Position numbers and translations under genes: made by a program. A stretch of DNA of 64,000 nucleotides from Candidatus Peribacteria bacterium (GTDB lineage: Bacteria > Patescibacteriota > Gracilibacteria > UBA1369 > LOWO2-01-FULL-3): assembly GCA_943357285.1 (NCBI GenBank), contig CALRGJ010000006.1:10428-74427 (forward strand), given 5' to 3'. Positions 44,650 through 55,006 of this stretch are shown in pieces. Below the pieces are notes generated by a model. The model worked only from the letters and a program-made list of their open reading frames with translations, had not been told where the DNA came from and searched no databases. Position 1 is the stretch's first letter. Each line of letters opens with the position of its first letter.

Positions 44650-46188
44650 TTAATTCGTCATGTATTCCTTGATCAACTTCGCTGCTTTTTGCAAATATGT
44701 GAAAGTTAGATTTGGTAGGGAAGCGCGAGCATAGTAGCGATAATCTTGTTCTTTGCGATCGGCCTCTGAGAAGAATAAATTTGAAGGAATAAGTACTACT
44801 CCTTTCTTAGCTAAGCCGTAAAATAATTCTTCCGGTTCTACTCCTGCTTTTGTATTCCCAGGAATTTTCATTAAATCAAAACAGCTGTAGTATAAATTTT
44901 TATTATACTGCATTCCCAAAATCTCGTAGAAACTTTCCATATTTACGCGAATTCTCTTTAGGTATTCATCCCTATCTTCATCACCGAAAACCATATGAGC
45001 AGCTCCAAGATATTGTGATGGACCAGTCACGAAAGCCACGTGTTGGAATTCACCACGAATTCCACCTGGAGCTTTAGCGAAAATCAAAAGCTGCATAATA
45101 TCTTTAGCCGTATCTAAATGGCCTTTCATAATATTTTCAGTGATATATTTTTGACCTTCCTTGGTGATTACAAATTCACCAAATCTTAGACCGGTACTTC
45201 TCTCAATTTTACTTCTACCTCCAATAAGAATTGTTCTCTCCGGAGAGAAGTGCATAATTGTTTTTTTGCGGGCAAAGAAGAAATCGCTATAAACTTCATC
45301 GGAAACAATTAGCGCATTTCTTTCTTTTGCAAATTTTCCAATTTTTTCTAGGAATTCTTCGCTATTGCAGAAACCAGTTGGATTATTTGGGTCGATAAGA
45401 CAAATCATTTTCACATTGTCCGGAGCAGCTGCTAAATGTTCATCTAAATTTCCAACTACGTCTCCAGTCTCAGGATTTACCGGGATTGAGAAAATATTTA
45501 ATCCTCGATTTTCCATAATTGTATTGTATGGAGCATACACAGGAGAAGAAATTAAAACCGTATCTCCTGCCTTAAGAAAGCCACATTGTACATCATTCAA
45601 AAGTTTAAAAATTGTACCGATTCCATGAGAGACACCCTGCATGAAAATCAAATCTTTATAATCAATGCCGAGATTAAATCTCTCATTGTAATGATTAGCC
45701 ACAACCAATCTTACAAGAGTCTCACCCTGAGGATCCAAATAAGATCCACCAGATAAAGCTGAATATTTCAACATCTCGAAAATTACCTGTTTCTTGTCCC
45801 AAGCTAAGCCCTGTTCTTTTGCATATTTTTCAATTCTTGTGAGGAAGAAATAAAAATCTTTCAAAACTCTCTCAGCCTTTTTTTCATTGTAAGTCTGTTT
45901 AGCATGCACCTGAATTTTCTCCCACAAAATTTCATAAGTATCCCTATTATCAGAAACAAAATGATGATTAGGATTATTGAGCAGCATATCTACTTCCAAT
46001 AAGAACGCATAAAATTCTCTTCCATGAACTGAAGGTGAAAATCCATATCCAGGGTCACCACGTGATAAATCTACGACATTGGATACACCCACACTTTCAT
46101 CGGCCACCTCTCTTAATAAACGGAAAATTCTAAATGGGTTATCTTTCGCAAGATCGTAGCCCCACTTATTATCAGTCAATTTCATCAT
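44650..46188 (-). CDS. PLP-dependent aminotransferase, class I/II (aspartate 4-decarboxylase-like long form)
   Basis: LSRGDPGYGF, IDPNNPTG and GGRSKIERSTGLRFG (candidate PLP-Lys region). 512 aa, longer than typical AspAT. Confidence 0.75.
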   Translation of the reverse strand: MMKLTDNKWGYDLAKDNPFRIFRLLREVADESVGVSNVVDLSRGDPGYGFSPSVHGREFYAFLLEVDMLLNNPNHHFVSDNRDTYEILWEKIQVHAKQTYNEKKAERVLKDFYFFLTRIEKYAKEQGLAWDKKQVIFEMLKYSALSGGSYLDPQGETLVRLVVANHYNERFNLGIDYKDLIFMQGVSHGIGTIFKLLNDVQCGFLKAGDTVLISSPVYAPYNTIMENRGLNIFSIPVNPETGDVVGNLDEHLAAAPDNVKMICLIDPNNPTGFCNSEEFLEKIGKFAKERNALIVSDEVYSDFFFARKKTIMHFSPERTILIGGRSKIERSTGLRFGEFVITKEGQKYITENIMKGHLDTAKDIMQLLIFAKAPGGIRGEFQHVAFVTGPSQYLGAAHMVFGDEDRDEYLKRIRVNMESFYEILGMQYNKNLYYSCFDLMKIPGNTKAGVEPEELFYGLAKKGVVLIPSNLFFSEADRKEQDYRYYARASLPNLTFTYLQKAAKLIKEYMTN

Positions 46189-46309
46189 ACTTTTTGTGGT
46201 TAAGTCTTTGGCACTCTAAAATTTTCAAATGGAAAAGGCAAGCCCACCAGAGTAAATGGCTTGCAAACAATAAAAAAATATAGGTATAATCGCCCCCTTA
46301 ATTAATTTT

Positions 46310-47830
46310 ATGGCACCAAACTCACCAGCAGCAGATAGATTATATCATCCCGGAACTCCGGAAAATTGGGATTTATCTCAATTAGGTCCTCGTGAAGTAA
46401 GTGATAGGCTTAGGGACGCTATCAGAGAATTGTTAGATGGATCTATTGAGAATATTGATTTTCCTGTTGACGCTATAAGATTTTTGACTAGAGAGCAGGT
46501 GCAAGCATTAGAAAGCAGAGGATTGGTGATCAGTGGTGTAAGTGAAGAACATCCTGATGGTGGTGTTTATTTGAATGATTCCTTGAAAAGCGATTTTGAC
46601 AGAGACTTTCCTGTGCCTCCACAGAATAAAGGCCTCACATCAGTTACCGCTACTGGTTTTTTAAAGGGAGCTACAGGACTTATTACCAGACCTCCCATAG
46701 ATGAATTACCAAAAGATCTTAGTGGGCTTAAGAGATTTCCAATGAATTCTGTTGTGGCAGCTGTATTCAAAAATGGACAATGGACGGAAAGTCATGTTTT
46801 ACCGGACGGAAAATGGGTGGTTGATGGATATAATAATGCAGCATTCCAGTATGCGGAAGGAGTGTTCGAAGGAATGGTAGCCACAGACACAACTCCCGAA
46901 AAAAAGAATGAGCCAGAAAAAGTAGAGGCAGAGGAATTGGAAGTTGAAATGAAGAATGGCAAAATCACTTTATTTAGACCCGAGGAGAATGCTAAAAGAT
47001 TTCAGCGATCTTGTCATAGCGTGGGTTTACCACAAATTAACGTAGAACAGTTTGTTGCTGCAGTAACAGCGGCAGTCAAAAATAATAAAAATTTCATACC
47101 AAAAAACGGTAAGCTTTATTGCAGACCTTTTATGGTTGGACTGGAAGGAGGAACAGGAATAAATCCTGCAACTTCTTGTCTTTTCGCCGTAGAAGTTTCT
47201 CCATATGGAACATATTTACCTGCAAAAGCCGAGGGTGTTGATTTACAGACAGAGATGCCTGGCAGCAGATTGAAAGCAATTCCATATCAACGTCCACCTT
47301 CCGGTAAGCACAAAAATGCCGGCAATTATGGTGCGATGATTAGATATAAACAGGATGCAAAGAAAGAGGGATTTGACGATATTTTACTTATCGATGATAA
47401 AGGCAGAATTCAAGAATGTGCCTCGAATAATGTTTTCTTAGTTGAACACGATACTGAAACTCATTTTAATATTTATACTTCAAGTTTAGAATCAAATATT
47501 TTACCTGGAATTACTCGTGCATCTATTCTTGAGTTATTTAGAGATCCAAAAATTGTTACGGAAAGATTTGGTAAGGATTTCAATGTTACAGTTTATGATG
47601 ATAAAATTTTACCTGAGTCAAAACTTCTTGAGGTAGACGGTGCTTTCGGAAGCGGCACAGCTGCTGGAATTGGAAACTTCCATGAAATACAAATGACTGG
47701 AGGAAGAACTGCTAAGTATCACAAAGGAACAGATACCCAAAAATTCATCAAGAAACTTTACGATCTTCTCCAAGATCTTCGTCGCGGAAAAGTTGACGGA
47801 TATGAACATTGGGTGAAAGAAGTAGCGTAA
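46310..47830 (+). CDS. ilvE: branched-chain-amino-acid aminotransferase (class IV) with ~140-aa N-terminal extension
   Basis: FQYAEGVFEGM...ITLFRPEENAKRFQRSCHSVGLP...GNYGAMIRYKQDAKKEGFDDILL...NNVFLV...LPGITR. The first ~140 aa have no recognisable family. Confidence 0.8.
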   Translation: MAPNSPAADRLYHPGTPENWDLSQLGPREVSDRLRDAIRELLDGSIENIDFPVDAIRFLTREQVQALESRGLVISGVSEEHPDGGVYLNDSLKSDFDRDFPVPPQNKGLTSVTATGFLKGATGLITRPPIDELPKDLSGLKRFPMNSVVAAVFKNGQWTESHVLPDGKWVVDGYNNAAFQYAEGVFEGMVATDTTPEKKNEPEKVEAEELEVEMKNGKITLFRPEENAKRFQRSCHSVGLPQINVEQFVAAVTAAVKNNKNFIPKNGKLYCRPFMVGLEGGTGINPATSCLFAVEVSPYGTYLPAKAEGVDLQTEMPGSRLKAIPYQRPPSGKHKNAGNYGAMIRYKQDAKKEGFDDILLIDDKGRIQECASNNVFLVEHDTETHFNIYTSSLESNILPGITRASILELFRDPKIVTERFGKDFNVTVYDDKILPESKLLEVDGAFGSGTAAGIGNFHEIQMTGGRTAKYHKGTDTQKFIKKLYDLLQDLRRGKVDGYEHWVKEVA

Positions 47831-47857
47831 AGTTTTTCCTAGAGATATAATCAGCCC

Positions 47858-48298
47858 ATGAAAATCACTAGCAGCGCTTTTGAAAATAATGGGAATATCC
47901 CTTCTAAATACACCTGCGATGGAGAAGGAATAAATCCGCCACTTAATTTTAGCGATATACCTGCCTCAACCCAGAGCTTGGCATTGATAGTCGATGATCC
48001 AGACGCACCTAGTGGCACCTTTGTTCATTGGACGGTTTGGAATATTGACCCTAAGTCTACAGGTATTGAAGAGAATTCTATTCCATCCGGTGCAGTTCAA
48101 GGCATGACCAGCTACGGCAAAGAAGGTTATGGTGTCCCATGTCCTCCAAGTGGTGTTCACCGCTATTTTTTCAAACTCTATGCTCTCGACGCCAAGCTTT
48201 ATTTGCCATCAGTAAGAGCAGACAGTTTAGAAAAAGCTATGATTGGGCACACCTTAGCCCAAGCTGAAATAATTGGGCTCTACTCCAGCACAAAATAA
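47858..48298 (+). CDS. YbhB/YbcL family PEBP (Raf-kinase-inhibitor-like) protein
   Basis: DDPDAPSGTFVHW...GYGVPCPPSGVHRYFFKLYALD. Confidence 0.9.
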   Translation: MKITSSAFENNGNIPSKYTCDGEGINPPLNFSDIPASTQSLALIVDDPDAPSGTFVHWTVWNIDPKSTGIEENSIPSGAVQGMTSYGKEGYGVPCPPSGVHRYFFKLYALDAKLYLPSVRADSLEKAMIGHTLAQAEIIGLYSSTK

Positions 48299-48299
48299 A

Positions 48300-49115
48300 T
48301 TAGGACTGACACGTCTCACAGTAAACCGTACCCCTTCCGGCAACTACGGTCCTTTTCAAAACCTTCTCACACTCTAAACATTTTTCTCCGCCTCTTCCAT
48401 ATACATAAAGAAGTTCCTGATTTTTTCCTCTATGGCCATAAGCATCCTGAAAATCAGAAATACTTGTACCACGATTTTTCACACCTTGTTTCAAAGCTTT
48501 TATAACTCCTTCAAAAAGTTTCCCCAATTCTTTTTCTCCCAAATTTTCCATTTTTGTTCCAGGTCTAATTCCAGCATAAAAGCATCCTTCATCCGCATAA
48601 ATATTTCCAATCCCGGCAACTTTACTCTGATCTAGAAGCCATTTTTTCACAGCACCTTTGCGGCCTTTCATCATTTTAATAAAACCACTCACACTTAAAT
48701 CTCCATTTAGCGGCTCCACTCCCAATCGGGAAATACCAGTCACTTCCTCGTAATCCGCCGTCTTCGCAATCCACACCTTTCCAAATTTTCTCACATCACA
48801 AAATCTCAAAGAAACTCCATTGAAATCAATTCTAGTCCTCTCAAATCTCAAAGCCTCATCACTCAGATCACAAGAAATTATTCTTCCACTCATCCTTAGG
48901 TGAATTGTCATCACATACTCATTCTCAAATAAAATATTAATGAACTTTCCACGCCTAAAAACCTCTATCACTTTCGCATCTCTAATTGCCGCAACATTAT
49001 CCATTGCCCCAAGAATAGAATTCTCATGAGTACCAATAAGATCCACAAAAAAACGACCTGTCAAAACAGGTTTCAAATCTGAAACTATGGTTTCCACCTC
49101 TGGCAATTCTGGCAT
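48300..49115 (-). CDS. mutM: formamidopyrimidine-DNA glycosylase
   Basis: MPELPEVET N-terminus, H2TH region, C-terminal zinc finger CLECEK...YCETCQ. Confidence 0.93.
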   Translation of the reverse strand: MPELPEVETIVSDLKPVLTGRFFVDLIGTHENSILGAMDNVAAIRDAKVIEVFRRGKFINILFENEYVMTIHLRMSGRIISCDLSDEALRFERTRIDFNGVSLRFCDVRKFGKVWIAKTADYEEVTGISRLGVEPLNGDLSVSGFIKMMKGRKGAVKKWLLDQSKVAGIGNIYADEGCFYAGIRPGTKMENLGEKELGKLFEGVIKALKQGVKNRGTSISDFQDAYGHRGKNQELLYVYGRGGEKCLECEKVLKRTVVAGRGTVYCETCQS

Positions 49116-49124
49116 AAAAACAAA

Positions 49125-49406
49125 TTACATTCCTTCAAAGCTGATGTCGCCATTTACTTTGCATTGGCAGCATAGACGATGTTCGGCGTCTTTCATGCAC
49201 ATCATTTCCAAAGTTTGTTCTTCATTTTGGCTCATTGGATTAAGGTTTTCCTTGCCTTCATGAACCTGAATAATGCAAGTTCCGCATACTCCATCTTCAC
49301 AACCGAAAGCAATAGGCCAACCTTTTTCACGCACAGCATCTTTTAAAAAGCTTCCTTGTGCAGTTTCTATCTGTTCTCCTGAATTTTTAAATGTAACTTT
49401 TGGCAT
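49125..49406 (-). CDS. 2Fe-2S ferredoxin
   Basis: 93 aa with CEDGVCGTCIIQV plus distal Cys residues (CCQC). Confidence 0.85.
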   Translation of the reverse strand: MPKVTFKNSGEQIETAQGSFLKDAVREKGWPIAFGCEDGVCGTCIIQVHEGKENLNPMSQNEEQTLEMMCMKDAEHRLCCQCKVNGDISFEGM

Positions 49407-49485
49407 GGGCCCATTATCCTACAACTGATTTAAATTGCAAATTCTTTTCAAATACAGCAAAATAGAAGAACTTAATAAAACTCTT

Positions 49486-49731
49486 ATGGTTACAGTTTAT
49501 TCGAAAAATCATTGTCCATTTTGCGTAAAAGCCAAGGCTATTTTAAGCGCTGCAAAAATCGATTTTACAGAAGTGGATATCACTAATAATCCTGAGAAAA
49601 TAATAGAACTTAGTGAAAAATCAGGATTCAGAACTGTTCCTCAAATTTACGTAGGGGATAAGTGTCTCGGAGGTTGCAGTGATATTGAAAAATTGCAGGC
49701 TGAAGGCAAATTGGTAGATGCATGTAAGTAA
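49486..49731 (+). CDS. grx: glutaredoxin
   Basis: The ATG at 49486 gives MVTVYSKNHCPFCVKAK...RTVPQIYVGDKCLGGCSD. CPFC active site and TVP/GG glutathione-binding motifs are present. Confidence 0.9.
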   Translation: MVTVYSKNHCPFCVKAKAILSAAKIDFTEVDITNNPEKIIELSEKSGFRTVPQIYVGDKCLGGCSDIEKLQAEGKLVDACK

Positions 49732-52273
49732 AATAAACTCTCTTCCTATGAAATGGGATTTCCCTCAAATCCTCAAATTATTTTCAGAAGGCGACAACTA
49801 TCGCTTGTTCAATGACTCCATGCATGGACTCGAAAGAGAATGCGTGCGCATGGACTGCAAAGGAATGATTTCTCAAAATCCTCATCCTGAAACCTTAGGA
49901 TCTGCACTTAAAAACCCTTTAATTACCACTGACTTTAGCGAGGCACAATTGGAACTAATCAGTCCTCCACGTTCCACAGAAGGTGCCACGGCAGAATATC
50001 TTAAAAATGTTCACATTTTTCTGGCAAAAAGATTGGATAAAGAATTTTTCTGGCCTTTTAGTATGCCATGCGTGTTGCCAAATGATGCAGACAAAATACC
50101 TTTAGCAAATTATGGAAATTCTTTTGAAGGTAAACGAAAAACTAAATATCGTCTTGGATTAAGCTACCGCTATGGTCGTAAAATGCAGACGGTTTCAGGT
50201 ACTCATTATAATTTTTCTTTTTCAGAAAATTTTTGGAAATTTCTTCATGATAAAATTGCTCCAAAATCCAATCTCCAAGATTTCATTTCAGAAAAATATC
50301 TCCATATTGTTCGTAACTTTCTTCGTTACAGCTGGGTGAATACTTATCTTTTCGGTGCAGCACCTGTACTTGATGAAAGTTATCTCGCTCGCAAACCAAT
50401 TCTAGGATTTAGAAAACCTAAATATTTAAAAAAATTGGATCGTCATACTTACTATGGAGAATATGCCTGCTCATTCAGAATGAGCGAGCTCGGTTACTAC
50501 AGCAAAGTACAAGCTCAGCACGCCGTTTCCTTTAACAGTCTTGAAGAATATATTTCCGATCTCACGAAGGCAATTTCCACACCAGAACCAAAATATAAAA
50601 GTTTTCCTGGTTTAAATACAAATATTTTACAATCTGAAGCTGAGCATTATTCACGTATTCGCCCTAAGCAAGTTTTGAAAACACAGCCTGGAGCATTAGC
50701 AAAAAAGGAGACCCCACTTGAGGCCCTAAAGGCTCGCGGAATTCTCTACGTAGAAGCTCGTGCTATCGATATAAATCCTTATTCACCAATTGGATTGGAT
50801 ATTGATCAATTAGAATTTCTTCACGTTTTCCTAGTATATTGTCTCTTCAAATCCAGCCCAAAAATTGAGTGTTGTGAGCACGGAGCAATCACTGGCAATC
50901 AAAATAAAGTTTCCATTTATGGGCGCAAACCCGGACTCACTTTGGTAAAGGATTGCAAAGATATAGACATGAAAGTTTGGGGTAAAGAAATTATTGAAGA
51001 AATGATGCCAATTGCTGAATTACTTAATGGAAACTCAAAAGATGGAAACCATAAAAATAGTTTGCTCGCTCAATTGGAAAAATTAGATAAACCATATCTT
51101 ACACCTTCTGCCAGGATTGTTAGTAAATTGGGCAAGCATAAGCAGAGTTTTGCGGAATATGGCCTAGAGCTAGCTAAAAGTCATTGTCAGTATTTTAGAA
51201 AACAGAAGTTAACTAAGGAGCTAGAAAAGGAATATGAAGCAATCGCTGAGATTTCTCTCGATGCCCAGAAAAAACAAGAAATGATTGACGATACTTTTAC
51301 CGAGGGCTTTGAAGATATGGAATTTTCCACCCAGATTTTGGCGAAGGAAGCTATGAAGAGAAATGTAAAAGTAGAAATTCTCGACAGAAAAGAAAACTTC
51401 CTAAAGTTAAGTGAAGGTAAACATATTGAATACGTGAAACAAGCTACAAAAACATCTAAAGATTCTTACATGACTTTCCTTATCATGGAGAACAAAAATG
51501 TGACTAATCAAATTCTCAGAGCTGGTGGCCTTCGTATCCCAGAAGGAGACGCTTTTATTAATCCGGAAGCCGCAATTCTGGCTTACCCAAAATTTGAAAA
51601 AATAAAATCAGTTATAAAACCAACTACTACAAATCATGGAATTGCTGTCTCATTTGCGGAGCCGGGAGATAAAAAATCTTATGTAAAAGCTGTGAATGAA
51701 GCCTTTAAGTTTGGAGAGACAATTTTAGTTGAGGAATTTATTGAAGGCGAGGAATATCGTCTTCTCGTTGTTGATGATAAAGTTTGCTCAATTGTAAAAC
51801 GTATTCCAGCAAATATAGTAGGTGATGGAGAGCATACAATTATGGAGCTAATTGATATCAAGAACGATGACCCTAAATATTATAAATATTTCAATACTTA
51901 CACTATCAAATCCGGTCCTGTCGAGGCTTCACATCTCAAATCTCAGGGACTTACTTTTAAAAGTATTCCTAAAAAAGAAGAAAGGGTTTTCCTACGTACA
52001 AATTCCAATGTTGGAACTGGCGGTGATCCTATAGAGTGTTTGGATTTGGTACATGACAGCTACAAGAGGTTGGCAGAAAAAGCGGCTCTTATAGCTAAAG
52101 CAAAGATCTGCGGAGTAGACATGATGATAAAAAATCCAAGGAGTCCGGCAACAAAAGATAACTACGGTATCATTGAAATAAATTACAATCCTGCACTTCA
52201 AATGCATCACTATCCGGTTGATAGCAGTGGAGTCAATGTTGCCAAATTGGTGCTGGATCTGCTAGGCTTCTAA
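49718..52273 (+). CDS. gshF: bifunctional glutamate--cysteine ligase / glutathione synthetase
   Basis: The N-terminal ~500 aa are gamma-GCS-like (GLERECVR..., TDFSEAQLELISPP, HYNFS). The C-terminal ~300 aa are ATP-grasp (EEFIEGEEYRLLVVDDKV..., EINYNPALQMH). The alternative start at 49748 avoids the 14-nt overlap with grx. Confidence 0.88.
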   Translation: MHVSKINSLPMKWDFPQILKLFSEGDNYRLFNDSMHGLERECVRMDCKGMISQNPHPETLGSALKNPLITTDFSEAQLELISPPRSTEGATAEYLKNVHIFLAKRLDKEFFWPFSMPCVLPNDADKIPLANYGNSFEGKRKTKYRLGLSYRYGRKMQTVSGTHYNFSFSENFWKFLHDKIAPKSNLQDFISEKYLHIVRNFLRYSWVNTYLFGAAPVLDESYLARKPILGFRKPKYLKKLDRHTYYGEYACSFRMSELGYYSKVQAQHAVSFNSLEEYISDLTKAISTPEPKYKSFPGLNTNILQSEAEHYSRIRPKQVLKTQPGALAKKETPLEALKARGILYVEARAIDINPYSPIGLDIDQLEFLHVFLVYCLFKSSPKIECCEHGAITGNQNKVSIYGRKPGLTLVKDCKDIDMKVWGKEIIEEMMPIAELLNGNSKDGNHKNSLLAQLEKLDKPYLTPSARIVSKLGKHKQSFAEYGLELAKSHCQYFRKQKLTKELEKEYEAIAEISLDAQKKQEMIDDTFTEGFEDMEFSTQILAKEAMKRNVKVEILDRKENFLKLSEGKHIEYVKQATKTSKDSYMTFLIMENKNVTNQILRAGGLRIPEGDAFINPEAAILAYPKFEKIKSVIKPTTTNHGIAVSFAEPGDKKSYVKAVNEAFKFGETILVEEFIEGEEYRLLVVDDKVCSIVKRIPANIVGDGEHTIMELIDIKNDDPKYYKYFNTYTIKSGPVEASHLKSQGLTFKSIPKKEERVFLRTNSNVGTGGDPIECLDLVHDSYKRLAEKAALIAKAKICGVDMMIKNPRSPATKDNYGIIEINYNPALQMHHYPVDSSGVNVAKLVLDLLGF

Positions 52274-52301
52274 AGATTAGCATTATAATATTAATAAATT
52301 T

Positions 52302-52712
52302 ATGGAAAAATTGTACAAGTTTAAATCAAATGGAAAGAGCCTATTTGTAATAGCCGGAGTTATTTGTGTAATCAGTTTCGTAGGTATTCCGTTTGGGTTA
52401 ATGTTTTTTTACATGGCCTCAACATCTAAAATCATTATGAAAGACGATCGTATTATTTATAAAATGCTCACCACGAAGAATATTCCATATAATCAGATTA
52501 CTAAGATTCGTTTGGCAAAACCTGTTAGTTCAACTTATTACATCGGCCACGGAGCTCCTGTATTTGTAAATTTTGCTACTGTTATTCCTTTGGTTATTGA
52601 ATGGAAAGGAAAGAAAACTAAAATTTCTGCAAACTTTTTTGAAAATGCTGAAGAAATTACTCGTACTTTAGAAGAGAAAACAGGGCTAACCTTAGAAGTG
52701 GAAAAAGCCTAA
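52302..52712 (+). CDS. hypothetical membrane protein (PH-like fold possible)
   Basis: One or two N-terminal TM helices, then a small beta-rich domain. No firm family. Confidence 0.5.
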   Translation: MEKLYKFKSNGKSLFVIAGVICVISFVGIPFGLMFFYMASTSKIIMKDDRIIYKMLTTKNIPYNQITKIRLAKPVSSTYYIGHGAPVFVNFATVIPLVIEWKGKKTKISANFFENAEEITRTLEEKTGLTLEVEKA

Positions 52713-52716
52713 AATT

Positions 52717-53949
52717 ATGAGATTGAATACTTCTACGGTATTAGTTGGTGGAATGAAAATCGGAGGTAAAAATCCGATTGTAGTTCAATCAATGACAAAT
52801 ACGGACACTGCAGATGCTAAATCTACGGCAAAGCAAATTATTGAATTAGCTGATGCTGGTTCCGAGATTGTTCGCATGACCGTGAATACAAATCTTGCTG
52901 CACCTAAAGTTCCAGAAATAAGAAAAATTCTCGATGCAAAAGGATACGAAAAAATTCCACTCATAGGTGATTTTCATTTCAATGGTCACACACTTCTTGA
53001 AGACTTTCCTGAGATGGCTAAGACTCTTGATAAATACAGAATTAATCCTGGAAACGTGGGGTACGGAGACAAACATGATTACAATTTTTCTACGATAATA
53101 AGAATTGCGATTGAAAATGATAAGCCGGTGAGAATTGGCGTGAATTGGGGATCGCTTGATCAAGATCTTCTCACGGAAATGATGAATAAGAACTCTAAGC
53201 TCATTAAACCTAAATCCGATAAAGAGGTGATTATAAACGCAATGGTGGAGTCAGCACTTCGCTCAGCAACTCTCGCCGAAAAGATTGGACTTTCTCAAAA
53301 TAAAATTATTCTAAGCGTGAAAATGTCCATCGTTCAGGACATGATAAAGGCCTATGAACTACTCGCTGAAAAAATGTTAAAAAACAAACATTTGTACGCT
53401 TTGCATCTCGGTCTTACCGAGGCAGGTGTGGGTATGCAGGGGATAGTTTCTAGCTCCGCTGCGCTCGGAATTTTACTTCAGCAAGGCATAGGTGACACCA
53501 TCAGGATTTCTCTTACGCCAACTCCTACTCAACCACGCACCAGAGAAGTAGAAGCTTGCAAAACTCTTCTTCAATCTATGGGCTTACGCCACTTCAAGCC
53601 GCAAGTTACTAGCTGTCCTGGATGTGGGCGCACTGATAGTCACTTCTTTCAGGAATTAGCCGAAGAAGTAAATTCTCACATCACAAAAATTCTTCCAATT
53701 TGGCAAAAGAAGTATTCAAAAAATGCCGATAAAATTGCTGAGCTAAAAATTGCCGTTATGGGCTGTGTGGTAAATGGTCCCGGCGAATCGAAGCACGCTG
53801 ACATTGCCATCAGTCTTCCAGGTCGCATGGAAAAGCCAGTTGCGCCAGTTTATATCAAAGGAAAATTCGTCAAAAGTCTCCAGGGCAAAAAAATCCCCCA
53901 ACAATTTATTCAACTGTTGGAGGATTTCGTAGAAGAAAATTTCAATTAG
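52717..53949 (+). CDS. ispG: 4-hydroxy-3-methylbut-2-en-1-yl diphosphate synthase
   Basis: VQSMTNT, RINPGN, LGLTEAG, SCPGCGRT and GCVVNGPGE motifs. Confidence 0.95.
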   Translation: MRLNTSTVLVGGMKIGGKNPIVVQSMTNTDTADAKSTAKQIIELADAGSEIVRMTVNTNLAAPKVPEIRKILDAKGYEKIPLIGDFHFNGHTLLEDFPEMAKTLDKYRINPGNVGYGDKHDYNFSTIIRIAIENDKPVRIGVNWGSLDQDLLTEMMNKNSKLIKPKSDKEVIINAMVESALRSATLAEKIGLSQNKIILSVKMSIVQDMIKAYELLAEKMLKNKHLYALHLGLTEAGVGMQGIVSSSAALGILLQQGIGDTIRISLTPTPTQPRTREVEACKTLLQSMGLRHFKPQVTSCPGCGRTDSHFFQELAEEVNSHITKILPIWQKKYSKNADKIAELKIAVMGCVVNGPGESKHADIAISLPGRMEKPVAPVYIKGKFVKSLQGKKIPQQFIQLLEDFVEENFN

Positions 53950-54146
53950 GCACTCTTTTCGATTTTGCCTGTGTTTGCTGGAAGATTTACTCCTAGTGCT
54001 TTAGTAGATATTTTTTTTCTCAAGCTATCAACATTAATTCCAGTTGCTGCCAGCATTTCTAGCTGAGCTGCTAATCTTAGTTGCATAGCGTCAGGTGTTT
54101 CTCCTCTAGTATCTCTCGGAGACAAGCTTTCATTCTCGTGCATCAT
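53946..54146 (-). CDS. hypothetical small protein (doubtful)
   Basis: 66-aa ORF with no motif. It overlaps the ispG stop by 4 nt. Confidence 0.2.
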   Translation of the reverse strand: MMHENESLSPRDTRGETPDAMQLRLAAQLEMLAATGINVDSLRKKISTKALGVNLPANTGKIEKSA

Positions 54147-54416
54147 ATTATTTTAGTTTAATTATAAATTTATTTAGCTTTTACTCTCTTCCAGGGTCAC
54201 ATTCAATTCTTTTTCTTTCCCCTTACTCATCACTTTCAACTTTATATGGTCCCTGCCCTCTTCGAAGACACATAATGACCCAAAGACACGTCTTTGTCAA
54301 GCTTCTTGCCGTCTACCTCAAATATAATATTGCTTTTGATTTGGTTAAATTTTAATTTTAATTTATATTCTAGTCGCCCGAGCGCCCCGCGCTCTAATAT
54401 AACTACACAAAATCCT

Positions 54417-55001
54417 ATGATTCTTTCTGACAAAACTCTTAAGGGCATGATTGCTACTGGTGAATTAGTTGTTACTCCTATTGATGAGAAGTCTATTCAG
54501 CCAGCTTCTATTGATTGCCGTCTTGGTGACCATTTTTTGTTGGTCGAAGACAACCAAATGGATATTATCACTCTCGACGCCGAGATCAAGTATCGCGAGA
54601 TAACTAGTGATTCTATCACAATTCCACCACACTCATTTCTACTAGCAACAACACAAGAGTACGTAGAAGTACCTAATAATCTTACAGCTTTTGTTGAGGG
54701 AAGAAGTTCAATCGGAAGAATTGGCTTATTTATACAAAATGCCGGCTGGGTAGACCCAGGATTTAAGGGCAGAATTACCCTGGAATTATATAACGCCGGA
54801 TCACTTCCAATTAAATTACAGGCAGGAAAACGTATCTGCCAATTAGTATTCTGCAGCATGGATCAAGCAGCTGAAAATCCTTACATGGGTAAATACCAAG
54901 GACAGAAAGTAACTGTAGGTAGCCGTGTATTCCAGGATAAAGATAGAAATCATGTAGGCTTAGAAGAAAGAGAAGCCGCTGATGCTAAGATAAATAAATA
55001 G
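54417..55001 (+). CDS. dcd: dCTP deaminase
   Basis: The ATG at 54417 gives [12 protein letters not shown]...[11 protein letters not shown]...[14 protein letters not shown]. The track ORF (from 54294) includes upstream non-coding sequence. Confidence 0.92.
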   Translation: MILSDKTLKGMIATGELVVTPIDEKSIQPASIDCRLGDHFLLVEDNQMDIITLDAEIKYREITSDSITIPPHSFLLATTQEYVEVPNNLTAFVEGRSSIGRIGLFIQNAGWVDPGFKGRITLELYNAGSLPIKLQAGKRICQLVFCSMDQAAENPYMGKYQGQKVTVGSRVFQDKDRNHVGLEEREAADAKINK

Positions 55002-55006
55002 CACCC

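Noticed and set aside
54380-54394. Small GC hairpin GAGCGC-ccc-GCGCTC upstream of dcd, plus the 68-aa minus-strand ORF 54242-54448
   Set aside because: The hairpin has no T-run on either strand and is too short to interpret. The ORF overlaps the dcd start and has no motif.
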